NCBI GenBank assembly: GCA_023473405.1 | Contig: JAMCZD010000448.1 | Coordinates: 1 to 34,181 of the forward strand | Direction of reading: 5' to 3' | DNA: 34,181 nucleotides | Origin: Candidatus Omnitrophota bacterium | GTDB lineage: Bacteria > Verrucomicrobiota > Verrucomicrobiia > Limisphaerales > UBA1319 | Shown here: piece after piece, positions 19,304-28,352 of the stretch | How the letters are laid out: each line of letters opens with the position of its first letter | Position numbering within the stretch: position 1 is the first letter of the stretch | Translations under genes and position numbers: made by a program | The notes under the pieces: generated by a model | What the model saw: only the letters and a program-made list of their open reading frames with translations | Databases searched by the model: none | What the model was told of the DNA's origin: nothing

Positions 19304-20509
19304 CTACGGACTCCGCTCCGAGGCGATCGACCAGTAAATGGCGGCCTGAATTACTCCACTGGCGGGCAGGATGGGAATGTCATAGCCAGGAACAGTTACG
19401 CAGGCATCCGTCAAGGGCCATGCGGGATTGATGTAGAGTATGTTGTCGGCGGGTTCCGGGGGTTGGGCCGGTTGGACGTCAAAATAGACAAGGTTCACTT
19501 TCATGGCTTTGGCCTGGTCTACCAGCTTTTGAGGAGCGAACTGATAACCGACATACAGGACAAGTTGTGGTGGGTGGCCGACGTCGAGAAGGTCTTTGTC
19601 TTCCCAAGCGGGAACTGCGGCGAAACTGGCCAGGGCGATGGTGCGCGGGTCTTGAGCGTGACGAGGGAACATGTGGCCGGTGACCAGTGCCGTCACCGAG
19701 GTTGCCTGGTTCCACCATCGGGCTGCCTGGATGATTTTGGGCATTTGAGTGTTGCGTATATCTCCCAGCATCGATTCAATCCGGTCCAGGTAAGCCCGCC
19801 CTAAAACCCCGGCAGGGACGGGCTCGATAGTCAAATCCTCATGGAACTCTTTCCCCTGGTATTTCTTTCCCCGCTCGGGACCTCCAGGCAATCCGTAGCT
19901 TTGGTAGAAGACCGGCATCTTTCCCCGCCGCGTGCATGCCGCAGTAAATTCCCCCGTCCAAGTCCACAGGTCCACGACATTAGCGACGGTGTCGATAGGG
20001 AAACGGCTCTTGTAGAGTCCGGCTGCGGAGCTGAACTTGATTACCGTAGCACCTCCCCTTTGCCATTGATCGATGACCTCGAGGTCCTTGGGCCCCAGCA
20101 AACCTGGCACAGCATAGAGGATTACATCGTGCTTGGCGGGAATTCGCCGGCCCAAGGGAGCGATTGGCATCAAACCGCCGGCACGACCACACGCTTCGGC
20201 AAGGAAATCAGCCTGCCGACCCGCTACCCAGAGATTTCTTCCCGCCACGAATTCATTGGCAGCGTGATCGGAGGATTCTGCCAGTGTTGCCAGGTTCGAC
20301 CGGGTCAGCGCGATGGAGGTATGGAGGCGCGACAGGTAATTCTCCGCTTCTGCTCCTGGAGACTGTTGAACCAGGCATAACAGAACGGCGGCAAACAGGA
20401 GGGCGCCATACATCGGGCGGAGTTGATCACACACAGTCCGTCCCAGGTGCATCGCACGAAGTGAACGGCTTGACCGAAGGAGAAAGTCTCGTCTCATTCC
20501 AGGCTGCAA
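19304..20509 (-). CDS. Hypothetical, probably secreted protein with SIS-like domains
   Basis: Hydrophobic segment ALLFAAVLLCLV; AEACGRAGGLM and DACVTVPGYDIPILPASGVIQ resemble SIS-fold motifs. True start probably downstream (about 20412). Confidence 0.6.
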   Translation of the reverse strand: MQPGMRRDFLLRSSRSLRAMHLGRTVCDQLRPMYGALLFAAVLLCLVQQSPGAEAENYLSRLHTSIALTRSNLATLAESSDHAANEFVAGRNLWVAGRQADFLAEACGRAGGLMPIAPLGRRIPAKHDVILYAVPGLLGPKDLEVIDQWQRGGATVIKFSSAAGLYKSRFPIDTVANVVDLWTWTGEFTAACTRRGKMPVFYQSYGLPGGPERGKKYQGKEFHEDLTIEPVPAGVLGRAYLDRIESMLGDIRNTQMPKIIQAARWWNQATSVTALVTGHMFPRHAQDPRTIALASFAAVPAWEDKDLLDVGHPPQLVLYVGYQFAPQKLVDQAKAMKVNLVYFDVQPAQPPEPADNILYINPAWPLTDACVTVPGYDIPILPASGVIQAAIYWSIASERSP

Positions 20510-20581
20510 TCGTATTCTGTTTCTATGGCTGTTTCAACGATTTTGACGGCGCCTGCGGACCGCCATTATCTCCTTGATTCA

Positions 20582-20671
20582 AAACCAAAACTGAGTCAAT
20601 ATGTCTCAATGAAACCAAAAAATCTAGTTTGTTCAGGGTATCCCAGTTCAAGCCAATAAATACTGTTCGGC
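20582..20671 (+). mobile_element. Candidate integron attI site
   Basis: AGCCAAT-aaatact-GTTCGGC (20651-20671), inverted core boxes with 7-bp spacer; AT-rich; AAACCAAAA repeated at 20582 and 20612; ORF starts at 20685. Confidence 0.5.
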
Positions 20672-20684
20672 ATGAAATGACACA

Positions 20685-21662
20685 ATGAATGCAGCGGTCA
20701 TATCCACGCCGACGGATATGCGGCCATTCGTGGGCGGTCACGATCATGCTGTGCCACACTTGGTTTTTTTCAGGGAAGAATACGAGCCGACAATCCGCCA
20801 CCTGGTCGATGCGATCTTTCAGGACATGCAGTACATCGGTGCCGATGAGGCTGAACTCGTAAGCAGCTACCTCGACGGTATCACCTAACCCCTCCAGGAA
20901 CTCAAACGCTACGGAGTGTCGATCCTCGCCTTAAGCACGCGGGGGACGATGAAACTCGACAACGGTTCAGCTGTCCCGGACTGTATCAGGACGTACTTCT
21001 TCATTGTTCCGACACTTGGCTACTTCAGGGTCGAGGCCGATGGCAAGAAGTTCCATCATTTCGACGCCGGTTGCCGCGCGGCGATGTCTGACCTCTCCGA
21101 AGCCATGCGCAAGAAGACCGGCTTGAGCACGAAACTCGACGCTCAGTTGATTCGGGAGGAACACGAGAATGACGTCCCATGGTGCGAGCATTGCCGCCTG
21201 GATGAGATGATTTCGGTATCGGGGACCACCGTATCGGTCAAGCCGCCGACTCTCCGCGTCACATGCCGAGTCGTCGAACGCTCTATCGCAGACGCCGAAG
21301 TCCTTCTCAAGACAACTGGACCGCCCAGCGCGGTTGATCGAGTGCATACTGCCCTGCACGGATACCCGAAGACGGTTTGCGCTGACGCGCAGATCAGCGT
21401 TGGCAAGGACCCTGGCATCACGGAGTTGTTCAGCCTGATTCGGCAGTATCATCCGCGGCTCCAGAGCCTTGGGGAGCATCAGGAGACAGTGTTGAAGGTC
21501 CTTCGGGCGCTGTGCAAAGTGGTTGACGCCCTCAATCCGGCTCGCGATAGGGGAAGCATGGCACACCCAAACGAAGCGCTGTTGGATGCGCCAGAAGCGA
21601 GGTTGTTCATCAACGCGGCGAGGTCGCTGCTACACTATTTGGATGAGAAACTGTCCGGATGA
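20685..21662 (+). pseudogene. Cassette gene: unknown N-terminal domain plus abortive-infection (Abi_C-like) C-terminal domain, with in-frame stop
   Basis: ORFs 20685-20888 and 20916-21662 are in one frame, split by TAA 20886-20888; SAVDRVHTALHGY, ALNPARDRGSMAHPNEALL, INAARSLLHYL. Confidence 0.7.
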
Positions 21663-21676
21663 GGTTGAAACGAAAT

Positions 21677-21772
21677 GGCGAACAAGATCACTGGAGCGAA
21701 CGCGGGCGGGCGACGTCAGTTGCCAATGCGGACGCGCTGGGCAGCCCGCGTCGCTCAGTTCGATCGTTGGAC
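21677..21772 (+). mobile_element. attC site 1
   Basis: R'' GGCGAAC; L'' GAGCGAAC vs L' GTCGCTC with extra base; GCGGGC/GCCCGC stem; R' GTTGGAC. Confidence 0.8.
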
Positions 21773-21893
21773 CGTACACCGCACGTCCTGCGCAAGCAAG
21801 CTTGCTCCGGACGGATCGGCGCCGGTCAACAGCCGCCGTTGGACCAAGAGCTATCTCGACGTACGGCGGTGACAATGGTAACCTTTTGGCGTC

Positions 21894-22175
21894 ATGAAAA
21901 TTCTCGAATTAAGTCCGCGTCCGGGATTCCGGTTGTTTTTGCGGTTTGAGGATGGTGTTACGGGCGAGGTCGATTTATCCGATTTGGCGGGGAGAGGAGT
22001 ATTCTCTGCATGGCTGGAGTCGGGAGTTTTTGATCAGGCTCGCCCTACTGAGGCGGGGGCGGCGGAGTGGCCGGGAGAGATTGACCTCTGCCCTGATCTT
22101 CTTTACATGCGCTTGACCGGGAAATCTCCTGAGGAGGTGCTCCCCGCTCTTCGAAGGATTTCGGCCCATGCCTGA
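21894..22175 (+). CDS. DUF2442 protein (putative antitoxin)
   Basis: LFLRFEDGVTGEVDLSDL, GVF, WPGEIDLCPDLLY. Confidence 0.85.
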   Translation: MKILELSPRPGFRLFLRFEDGVTGEVDLSDLAGRGVFSAWLESGVFDQARPTEAGAAEWPGEIDLCPDLLYMRLTGKSPEEVLPALRRISAHA

Positions 22176-22428
22176 ACTTTCCCGGTTCTACGGCATTGTC
22201 ATTCATATGTACTATGGAGATCATCCTCCCCCGCATTTTCACGCAATTTACGCGGGGTGTAGGGCGACGATTGATATCGAGACGCTGGCATTCATCGATG
22301 GTCATTTACCGGCGCGTGCGCGTGGTCTGGTGATTGAGTGGGCAACATTGCATCAAGATGATCTACGTGAGGCATTCCGCAGAGCTTCGGCGCTGGAGAG
22401 GCCTGAAAACATAGCCCCTCTGGACTAG
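22168..22428 (+). CDS. DUF4160 protein (putative toxin)
   Basis: MPELSRFYGIVIHMYYGDHPPPHFHAIY, LVIEWATLHQDDL, IAPLD. Confidence 0.9.
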   Translation: MPELSRFYGIVIHMYYGDHPPPHFHAIYAGCRATIDIETLAFIDGHLPARARGLVIEWATLHQDDLREAFRRASALERPENIAPLD

Positions 22429-22451
22429 TAGGTTCAATCCAATATGAAGAG

Positions 22452-22520
22452 GTCCAACCAATCGTGTGAGCGAATGAGCCTCCGCTGCGCTCCGGCTCAT
22501 CGCTGCACTCAGCGTTCGAT
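22452..22520 (+). mobile_element. attC site 2
   Basis: R'' GTCCAAC is the exact complement of the GTTGGAC opening this cassette; AGCGAATGAGCC...GGCTCATCGCT stem; R' GTTCGAT. Confidence 0.85.
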
Positions 22521-22534
22521 GTGAGAGAAAGAAC

Positions 22535-22609
22535 ATGCCCCTCGACCACATCCACAGCGATGAGCAACAGCGCGTGACGCTCAAGGGTGAAGAGGTAACC
22601 TATGACGAG
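22535..22609 (+). pseudogene. 5' stub of a cassette gene
   Basis: ATG 14 bp after the attC2 core with purine-rich leader; MPLDHIHSDEQQRVTLKGEEVTYDE then runs into the IS91 remnant. Confidence 0.45.
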
Positions 22610-22805
22610 AGGCGGATCAGTTCCTCGGGTTCCAGGAATGCAACACGCCCAGCATCCCCAGTTGGGCGCCCAGACGCTGCGGATTGGCCGCTAGATCCTG
22701 GAGGGCCTGGGCACTGGCGGCAAACAAGGCGTCGTAGCCCAGTTGCGGGTGCGAGCGCATCCAACCGCGCAAGCCCTCCGGCACCGTAAAGGTCAGCAGG
22801 AAATA
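22610..22805 (-). mobile_element. IS91-family transposase remnant
   Basis: Minus frame YFLLTFTVPEGLRGWMRSHPQLGYDALFAASAQALQDLAANPQRLGAQLGMLGVLHSW; then LEPEELIR in another frame, resembling the distal LxxxEFIRR motif. Confidence 0.8.
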
Positions 22806-22892
22806 ACAAGCAGATGCATCGAATCCCGCGATGACGCTTCAGCATCATATCGGCAGCCAGTGGCGCGGGGTTGTTGATCTGGGACGTTGGCG
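22801..22892 (+). mobile_element. attC site 3 (degenerate)
   Basis: TAACAAGCAGATGCATCGAATCCCGCG...CGCGGGGTTGTTGATCTGGGAC-GTTGGCG; R'' abuts the IS91 remnant. Confidence 0.7.
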
Positions 22893-22937
22893 CGCCGTGT
22901 GCCGAGTGCAGGCAACGCACAAGCCAAAGGGCCGCGC

Positions 22938-22966
22938 TTGAACAATTCCCGGCAAAGGGATAGGCT
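22938..22966 (+). promoter_or_regulatory. Sigma70-type promoter of TA cassette, probably leaderless
   Basis: TTGAAC-17 bp-TAGGCT, 6 nt before ATG 22973, no SD. Confidence 0.55.
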
Positions 22967-22972
22967 TGACGC

Positions 22973-23194
22973 ATGAGAAGGGAATTTGCACCGATCTTCA
23001 AGCTGGGCCGGGCCGAGCGTCTGCAGCTTGTCGAGGACCTCTGGGACAGTATCGCCGAGGAGGACGCGCAGTTGCCCGTGCCGGAGTGGAAGCACGAGGA
23101 GTTAAGGCAGCGCAAGGAGCGATTTTCGCGGCATCCCTCATCAGGCAGGACCTGGGATCAGGTCAAACAGCGGGCACGGGCGCGACATGATTGA
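22973..23194 (+). CDS. Addiction-module antidote protein
   Basis: ERLQLVEDLWDSI, VPEWKHEELRQR, TWDQVK. Confidence 0.88.
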   Translation: MRREFAPIFKLGRAERLQLVEDLWDSIAEEDAQLPVPEWKHEELRQRKERFSRHPSSGRTWDQVKQRARARHD

Positions 23195-23495
23195 GCGCGT
23201 CGTTTACACACCGGAGGCTGAGCAGGAGGTCGCCGACGCCTACGGTTGGTACGAGGCCCGCGAACCGGGATTGGGCGAGGATTTCCTGCGCTGCATCGAG
23301 GCGTGCGTGCTCGCCATCCAACGACATCCCCAGCTCTATCCGCTCGCAGTGGACGAGTTCCGCCGAGCGCTTGTCCGGCGGTTCCCATTCGAGGTTTTTT
23401 ATGAGTCGGACGGAGATCGCATCATCGTTTATTCTGTCTTTCATTGCTCACAGGACCCGCAGAAGTGGCGTTCGCGACTTGGTCAGGCTGGGTGA
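23187..23495 (+). CDS. RelE/ParE-family toxin
   Basis: PEAEQEVADAYGWYEAREPGLGEDF, RRALVRRFPFEVFY, VFHCSQDPQKWRSR. Confidence 0.9.
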   Translation: MIERVVYTPEAEQEVADAYGWYEAREPGLGEDFLRCIEACVLAIQRHPQLYPLAVDEFRRALVRRFPFEVFYESDGDRIIVYSVFHCSQDPQKWRSRLGQAG

Positions 23496-23509
23496 CAAGG
23501 CGTCGAATG

Positions 23510-23720
23510 AAGGGATTGCGGATCGCCAGGATTCCCCGCTGTCCGGCGAAATGGGCATAGGCGTATGGCTCACTGCGGTAAGGGCCACCCAGTATCATCA
23601 GAGCGCGGGCCAGAATGGAGGCATTGTGTCGGGCCCACTGGATCATGCCGGCCAGGAACGTCCAATCCTTCGGCGGATTGGGGAATAGTCATGTTGCGCA
23701 TTCCGATGACTTCGGACACT
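23510..23720 (-). pseudogene. Internal fragment of a glycoside-hydrolase-like gene
   Basis: DWTFLAGMIQWARHNASILARALMILGGPYRSEPYAYAHFAGQRGILAIRNP; no complete gene. Boundaries approximate. Confidence 0.45.
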
Positions 23721-23766
23721 CATTCCAAAAATATTCGGACAGTTGCCGGAGCGGTGCTGGAAGCTC

Positions 23767-26529
23767 CTAATGGTTGATCCTTGTGTATCGCACCAGCAGG
23801 CTTCCCGGCGCGGTCTCCAGCGTGACGCGGAGCCGTGAGAGTTCCCGGCCGGACAACCGGCGTTTCTCCTTCACGTCATAGGTCTCGGCAAAGGTCACCT
23901 CGTAAGCGGCGTCGGGGTCCAGTCCCTTGAGAGCAATTTCGGATGCCAGGTAGGGACTGGCGGCCCGGCGGAACAACATCGCAAATCCTTGACCGAGGTC
24001 CGGCCGATCAAACTGCCAGCCGCACCAGTGCTTCTCGTCCAGGTCCATTTCGAGTAGCGGGTAGTAATCGCCCAGGTATAGTTGGCGGAGCGATTTGACT
24101 TCTTCACTGGCGCGCTTCATGAGACCAACCGGGAACTGCGGAGAGCGCGTGTCGAAGCAAACCGAGGTCCCAAAGCGGGCGACGCTGCGGACCATGTACG
24201 GCTCGGCGCCCCACATCAGGCACGAGGCATGCAGCGGCACATAGAGGCTCAGTCCAGCCAATTGAGGTTGTTTCGAGGTGAGGTTGCCGAAGTCTTCGCT
24301 GCACGTCCACGAACCGGCGGAGCGCATCAGCACTTCGAGGTCCGGGCCGGTGCCGCGCCAGTTGGCGTTGTCGATAATCAGTCCGGGATGCCTTCGGAGC
24401 AATTCGTCCCACATTGCATAGAGTCCCTCGACGTGGCGAATCTCAGTGATCCCCTGGCGGTCGGGCGGGTCATTATCGCGCCAATAAATAAAGGGTCGCA
24501 GGTTGCGGTCCTGGCGATAAACGTCGATGCCCCAGTCGTCGATACACTTCGAAAGCAGGTCGGTCATCCACTGGCGCGCCTCGGGATTTCCTAGATTGAA
24601 CAGGCGTCCGCCGTTTCCCACCAGGTGGAACAAATCCCCTGAGTTCCCCGCGTTAGGCGAACCGCCCTTATAAGAGAGCAGCCATTCCGGATGCTCGCGT
24701 GCAATCAAGGTGTTGGTGCCGACTACACGTTCGGGTTCGAACCAGACGATAAATTTCAAGCCCAGTTTGTGTGCGGCGTCACCCAGCGGACGCAGTCCGT
24801 GAGGGAAATGGTCTTTTCTGGGGAACCAGTTCCCGATCCCATTTTCCCATCCGCCTTCAAACCAACCCGCATCCAGCCAATATGCTTCCAAACCCATGGC
24901 CGGCATCTTGGCGATAGCGGCCAACTCGGTCTGCTCGGTGGTCTCGTTGCCGCCGTTGAGCAAGAACCACATCATCTGGGACATTAATGGCACGACCACC
25001 CGGCCGTTCACTCGCGGGACATAGTGGTCAACGAGCAGACGCCGCAGCAGGTTGTGTCCGCGCAAACGATCGGGGCCCCGCCAGTGCACCAGCAGGATTC
25101 GCGGCGTGCGGATCGATTCGCCGGGAAGGAGCTTTAGGTGGGTGATTTGCTGACCCGCCTGGAGAGCCAATTCACGGCCTCCGTTGCGTTGCGCGTCCAG
25201 TTCCCATTGCCCAGTCCAGCCGATGGCCCCCACCAAGCCGCCGCCTCGCCATTCCAGGTTAAAATAGGGCAGGAAATCCTGGGCGATCTTACGGTTGCCT
25301 GGCAGGGAAATCTTCTGCCCGGGAGCGAGAGTGGCGTCGACCTCCGCATAATCATCGGGGGTGCCGTTGCTGCCATTGGCGTAATGGAAGACAGCGGATT
25401 CGCGATTGCCGAGCCCGATCTCGAGATTCAGCACTTGCACATCCTGGAGAATCGGCGTGTTACGGTCGGATGTGTTTTTGAAGTGCAGCACCCATTCCAC
25501 AGCCGGGAAATCGCTGAACATCTTTGCCTGGCAGGCAACTTCGAGCCCCGTCTTGTCGTCCAGCCAGGTCAACGTGTGCCGCTCGATGCCGTTGGCGGGC
25601 GGCTCATGGCTTTCATGGCGTTTCCAGTTGCCGAGTAATTGTGAAGAAGGTTCATCGTCAAAGGTGAACGAAAAAGGAATGCCTCCCTCCAATCCGCGAT
25701 TCTCCCCCGACAGTATCGGAATCTCATCAAGCCAGAGTCGTGCCCCGTCCTGCGTGATGATAGCTGCGTCCGCCCAGTCACCGTGGTCCGAGCCGGGTCC
25801 ATCACCGGCATCGAACACCTGGAGGACAAAATCGCGAGCGCCTTTCAGTTCGAGGTGCAGCGGGATTGGGGGTTGGCCTTCGCGCATCACGCCCGATGTA
25901 TAGAGGTTGTTCCCGTCCGCCGTGACCTTGAAGACCACACTGCCCCGGCCACCGGAGGTGTCCATGTTCTCATCGACGCCGATCACGGCCTCAAAAGACT
26001 GGGCAGGTTGAGCCAGGTGGACCACGAGTTCACTGGTCGAATGGCTGCCCAGCCCGTGCGGGTAAGTCATTCCTCCCAACCGCAATGGCGTCTTTATAAC
26101 CGACTCGCGGACCCCAAGGTGGTAATCGCTGCGTCGAACCTCTGTCCATGGCCGGACCGGTTCGCTGGGCGGCCGATTTGTTACAAAGAGCCATTGCCCG
26201 ATCCATTGGCGCATTGCGCTCCGTTCATCCGGTGTTCCGCGCATTTGCAGAGCCGGTGACTCAGCCTGCGCTTGTCCTCCCCAGGAGAACAAATATCCAA
26301 TTGCAATCGTCAAGAGCCAGATCCGCTGGCAAAAGGGCACGCGGGGGTCTTCGCCGGTGGGTTCCGGTGACGTTCCGGCATCAGAACTGGACAGAACACC
26401 GGGCGATGCGCCCGGTTGACTCGCTGGAGGGGACTTCTGCGCTCCTTTGGTGTTGGCCTTGGTGAAGAGCTGTCGGGTTTCAGTTTTTGATTGCATATTC
26501 CTGTGGAAAGGCTGTGTTCCCGTGTTCAT
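23767..26529 (-). CDS. GH36 alpha-galactosidase-like protein with N-terminal NPCBM domain
   Basis: NPCBM: HGLGSHS, GSVVFKV, DHGDWADA; GH36: WLDAGWF, FPHGL, WFEPE, YRQD, IDN, GDYYPL. Start uncertain. Confidence 0.85.
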   Translation of the reverse strand: MNTGTQPFHRNMQSKTETRQLFTKANTKGAQKSPPASQPGASPGVLSSSDAGTSPEPTGEDPRVPFCQRIWLLTIAIGYLFSWGGQAQAESPALQMRGTPDERSAMRQWIGQWLFVTNRPPSEPVRPWTEVRRSDYHLGVRESVIKTPLRLGGMTYPHGLGSHSTSELVVHLAQPAQSFEAVIGVDENMDTSGGRGSVVFKVTADGNNLYTSGVMREGQPPIPLHLELKGARDFVLQVFDAGDGPGSDHGDWADAAIITQDGARLWLDEIPILSGENRGLEGGIPFSFTFDDEPSSQLLGNWKRHESHEPPANGIERHTLTWLDDKTGLEVACQAKMFSDFPAVEWVLHFKNTSDRNTPILQDVQVLNLEIGLGNRESAVFHYANGSNGTPDDYAEVDATLAPGQKISLPGNRKIAQDFLPYFNLEWRGGGLVGAIGWTGQWELDAQRNGGRELALQAGQQITHLKLLPGESIRTPRILLVHWRGPDRLRGHNLLRRLLVDHYVPRVNGRVVVPLMSQMMWFLLNGGNETTEQTELAAIAKMPAMGLEAYWLDAGWFEGGWENGIGNWFPRKDHFPHGLRPLGDAAHKLGLKFIVWFEPERVVGTNTLIAREHPEWLLSYKGGSPNAGNSGDLFHLVGNGGRLFNLGNPEARQWMTDLLSKCIDDWGIDVYRQDRNLRPFIYWRDNDPPDRQGITEIRHVEGLYAMWDELLRRHPGLIIDNANWRGTGPDLEVLMRSAGSWTCSEDFGNLTSKQPQLAGLSLYVPLHASCLMWGAEPYMVRSVARFGTSVCFDTRSPQFPVGLMKRASEEVKSLRQLYLGDYYPLLEMDLDEKHWCGWQFDRPDLGQGFAMLFRRAASPYLASEIALKGLDPDAAYEVTFAETYDVKEKRRLSGRELSRLRVTLETAPGSLLVRYTRINH

Positions 26530-27119
26530 GGCGCTATTGGCGTCCTTCTGTTGATTCTGAGAACGTTTCTTCGATTCGTGTTTGAACGACGATTTCTTGC
26601 CAGCCTATGCCGGAGAAGTCAAGAGATCGCAATAAAACGTCGATGTTGACGGCACTCGGCCCTTTGTATAATTGGGTTACTGTTCGCCCTATTGATCGAT
26701 AGCATCGCCGCGGAGCCTCGATACGGTCGGCACCTGTACAATGATCATTGGCTGTTTTGTCTTCTTAAAGGCGCTTCGCTGGAAACCGACACTCAATTCG
26801 CGGCCGTAGACTTTCCCGTCCAGGACTTGGCACATGTGACCTTGCCGCGCACGGCGCGCTCGAGGGCCAACCGGTCGACATTGCGCCATGGGCATATGAA
26901 TGGCGGGCTGATCGGGCGGTCCAGGAAAAACCGGAATCATATTTCATCCCGCGGCGGCTCGAGCGAATGGGCAAGGTGTATCGGACACTATTCCATGAAG
27001 TGCCTGAGCAGGAGCGAAGGAGCATCTCCTACATGATGCCCGAATTGCTTGAACCGTTGCTTCCAAAACCCAAAGGCGCGTTGCAAGCAGGCTTGCTCTG
27101 GACGGGCGGATTGTCCGAT

Positions 27120-27601
27120 TACCAGGTTGTCTTGATGGATATTAACCTTCCTGGGATGAGCGGTATCGAGTGCGCCGCGCGTTTAAAGTCATTGGAGCCT
27201 GCGATGCAAATCGTCATGGTCACCGTCTACGAGGACAATGACCAAATTTTCAAGGCCCTCCGGGCTGGAGCAACCGGCTACCTGTTAAAACAAACACCTC
27301 CGGATGAACTCCTGAACGCCATCCAGGAGGTTCACCGAGGAGGTTCTCCCATGACCGGCAGCATCGCCCGCAAGATCGTGCAATCGTTTCACCAGACCGG
27401 CGGACTGAATCGCCCGCCCGGCAACCTGTCGCCCCGCGACAGGAGATTTTAGAGTTGCTTGCGCGCGGCTACTTTTACAATGAGATCAGCGAGGCGCTCA
27501 ACATGGCCTACGCCAGCGTTCATTCGCACATCCGCCGGATTTACGAAAAATCACAGGTTCGCTCCCGCGGGCAAGCGGTCGCAAAATACTTGCAACCATG
27601 A
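27120..27601 (+). pseudogene. NarL/FixJ response regulator, 5'-truncated and frameshifted
   Basis: VVLMDINLPGMSGIE...GATGYLLK...LSPR; 1-bp loss near 27439; continues QEILELLARGYFYNEISEAL...HIRRIYEK...AVAKYLQP-TGA 27601. Confidence 0.85.
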
Positions 27602-27626
27602 GTGTCAAGGACCGCGCCGAAGTTTC

Positions 27627-28100
27627 TTAGTCAGCAGGCTCGAACGATTGCAGGGCGAGATAGTTGGGGCCAAAACGCTTGATGTTTTCGAGTTGCTTAT
27701 CGAATCCGTCGTAATGGGACTCCTCGTCGTTAACGAGCGATTCGAAAACCTGCTTCGATGCGGCGTCGGCGTTTTGGCTGCACTGGAGGGCGAACTGGTT
27801 ATACACGTCCACGGCTTCATGTTCCATCTGGGCGGCTTTGGCCAGGATGGCCTGCGGTTCTTTGATGGATTGAATGGAGCCCGCCACGGTCATATCGACA
27901 TCGCCATTCAGGAACAAGATACGTTCCGCGAGTTTCTCGATGTGTCCCATTTCCGCAATGGCAACCTTTTTTAACAGGGCAGCCAGGGGAGCGAAACCCT
28001 GGTCATCAAGGTGGAAATGCCAGTACATGTATTGATGCACGGCTTGCAGTTCGTCGGCGACTGCTTTGTTGAGTAATTCGACGCTTTTCTTGGTATCCAT
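27627..28100 (-). CDS. bfr: Bacterioferritin
   Basis: LLNKAVADELQAVHQY, EMGHIEKLAERILFL, MEHEA, DEESH ferroxidase ligands. Confidence 0.88.
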   Translation of the reverse strand: MDTKKSVELLNKAVADELQAVHQYMYWHFHLDDQGFAPLAALLKKVAIAEMGHIEKLAERILFLNGDVDMTVAGSIQSIKEPQAILAKAAQMEHEAVDVYNQFALQCSQNADAASKQVFESLVNDEESHYDGFDKQLENIKRFGPNYLALQSFEPAD

Positions 28101-28107
28101 AAGACGG

Positions 28108-28136
28108 ATTTATGCAAAAGGGTGCGTTTATGTCAA
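28108..28136 (-). promoter_or_regulatory. Candidate bfr promoter
   Basis: TTGACA (28136-28131), 17 bp, ATAAAT, then 7 nt to ATG with no SD. Confidence 0.45.
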
Positions 28137-28324
28137 TATCCAGGCCAAGGGCACCAGTTATTTCTCTCTCAAGTTCCGTTTCACTTCGTCTCCTATTTGT
28201 TTGCCAATACGGGCAAGAAAGAGGCGACGGGGTTGTCGATGAAGTAAAGGATTCACTTCAGGGTAGCCACGATGAGACTTGCCCAGGCTTCCCTCGCGGA
28301 GGTTAAGGCGTCGACATTCGCAAC

Positions 28325-28340
28325 TGACACAACGATTGCA
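28325..28340 (+). promoter_or_regulatory. Degenerate sigma54 -24/-12 promoter
   Basis: TGACAC-aacga-TTGCA vs TGGCAC-N5-TTGCA; conserved GG reads GA. Confidence 0.4.
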
Positions 28341-28352
28341 TTGATATTGCCT

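Noticed and set aside
20523-20600. VLNQG resembling the IntI C-terminus
   Set aside because: Too short; no YTHV or SPLD motif.
23498-23530. Fourth attC after parE
   Set aside because: GTCGAAT only weakly resembles R''; no stem or R'; runs into a gene fragment.
26646-26672. TTGACG...TATAAT promoter
   Set aside because: Spacer only 15 bp and no intact gene downstream.
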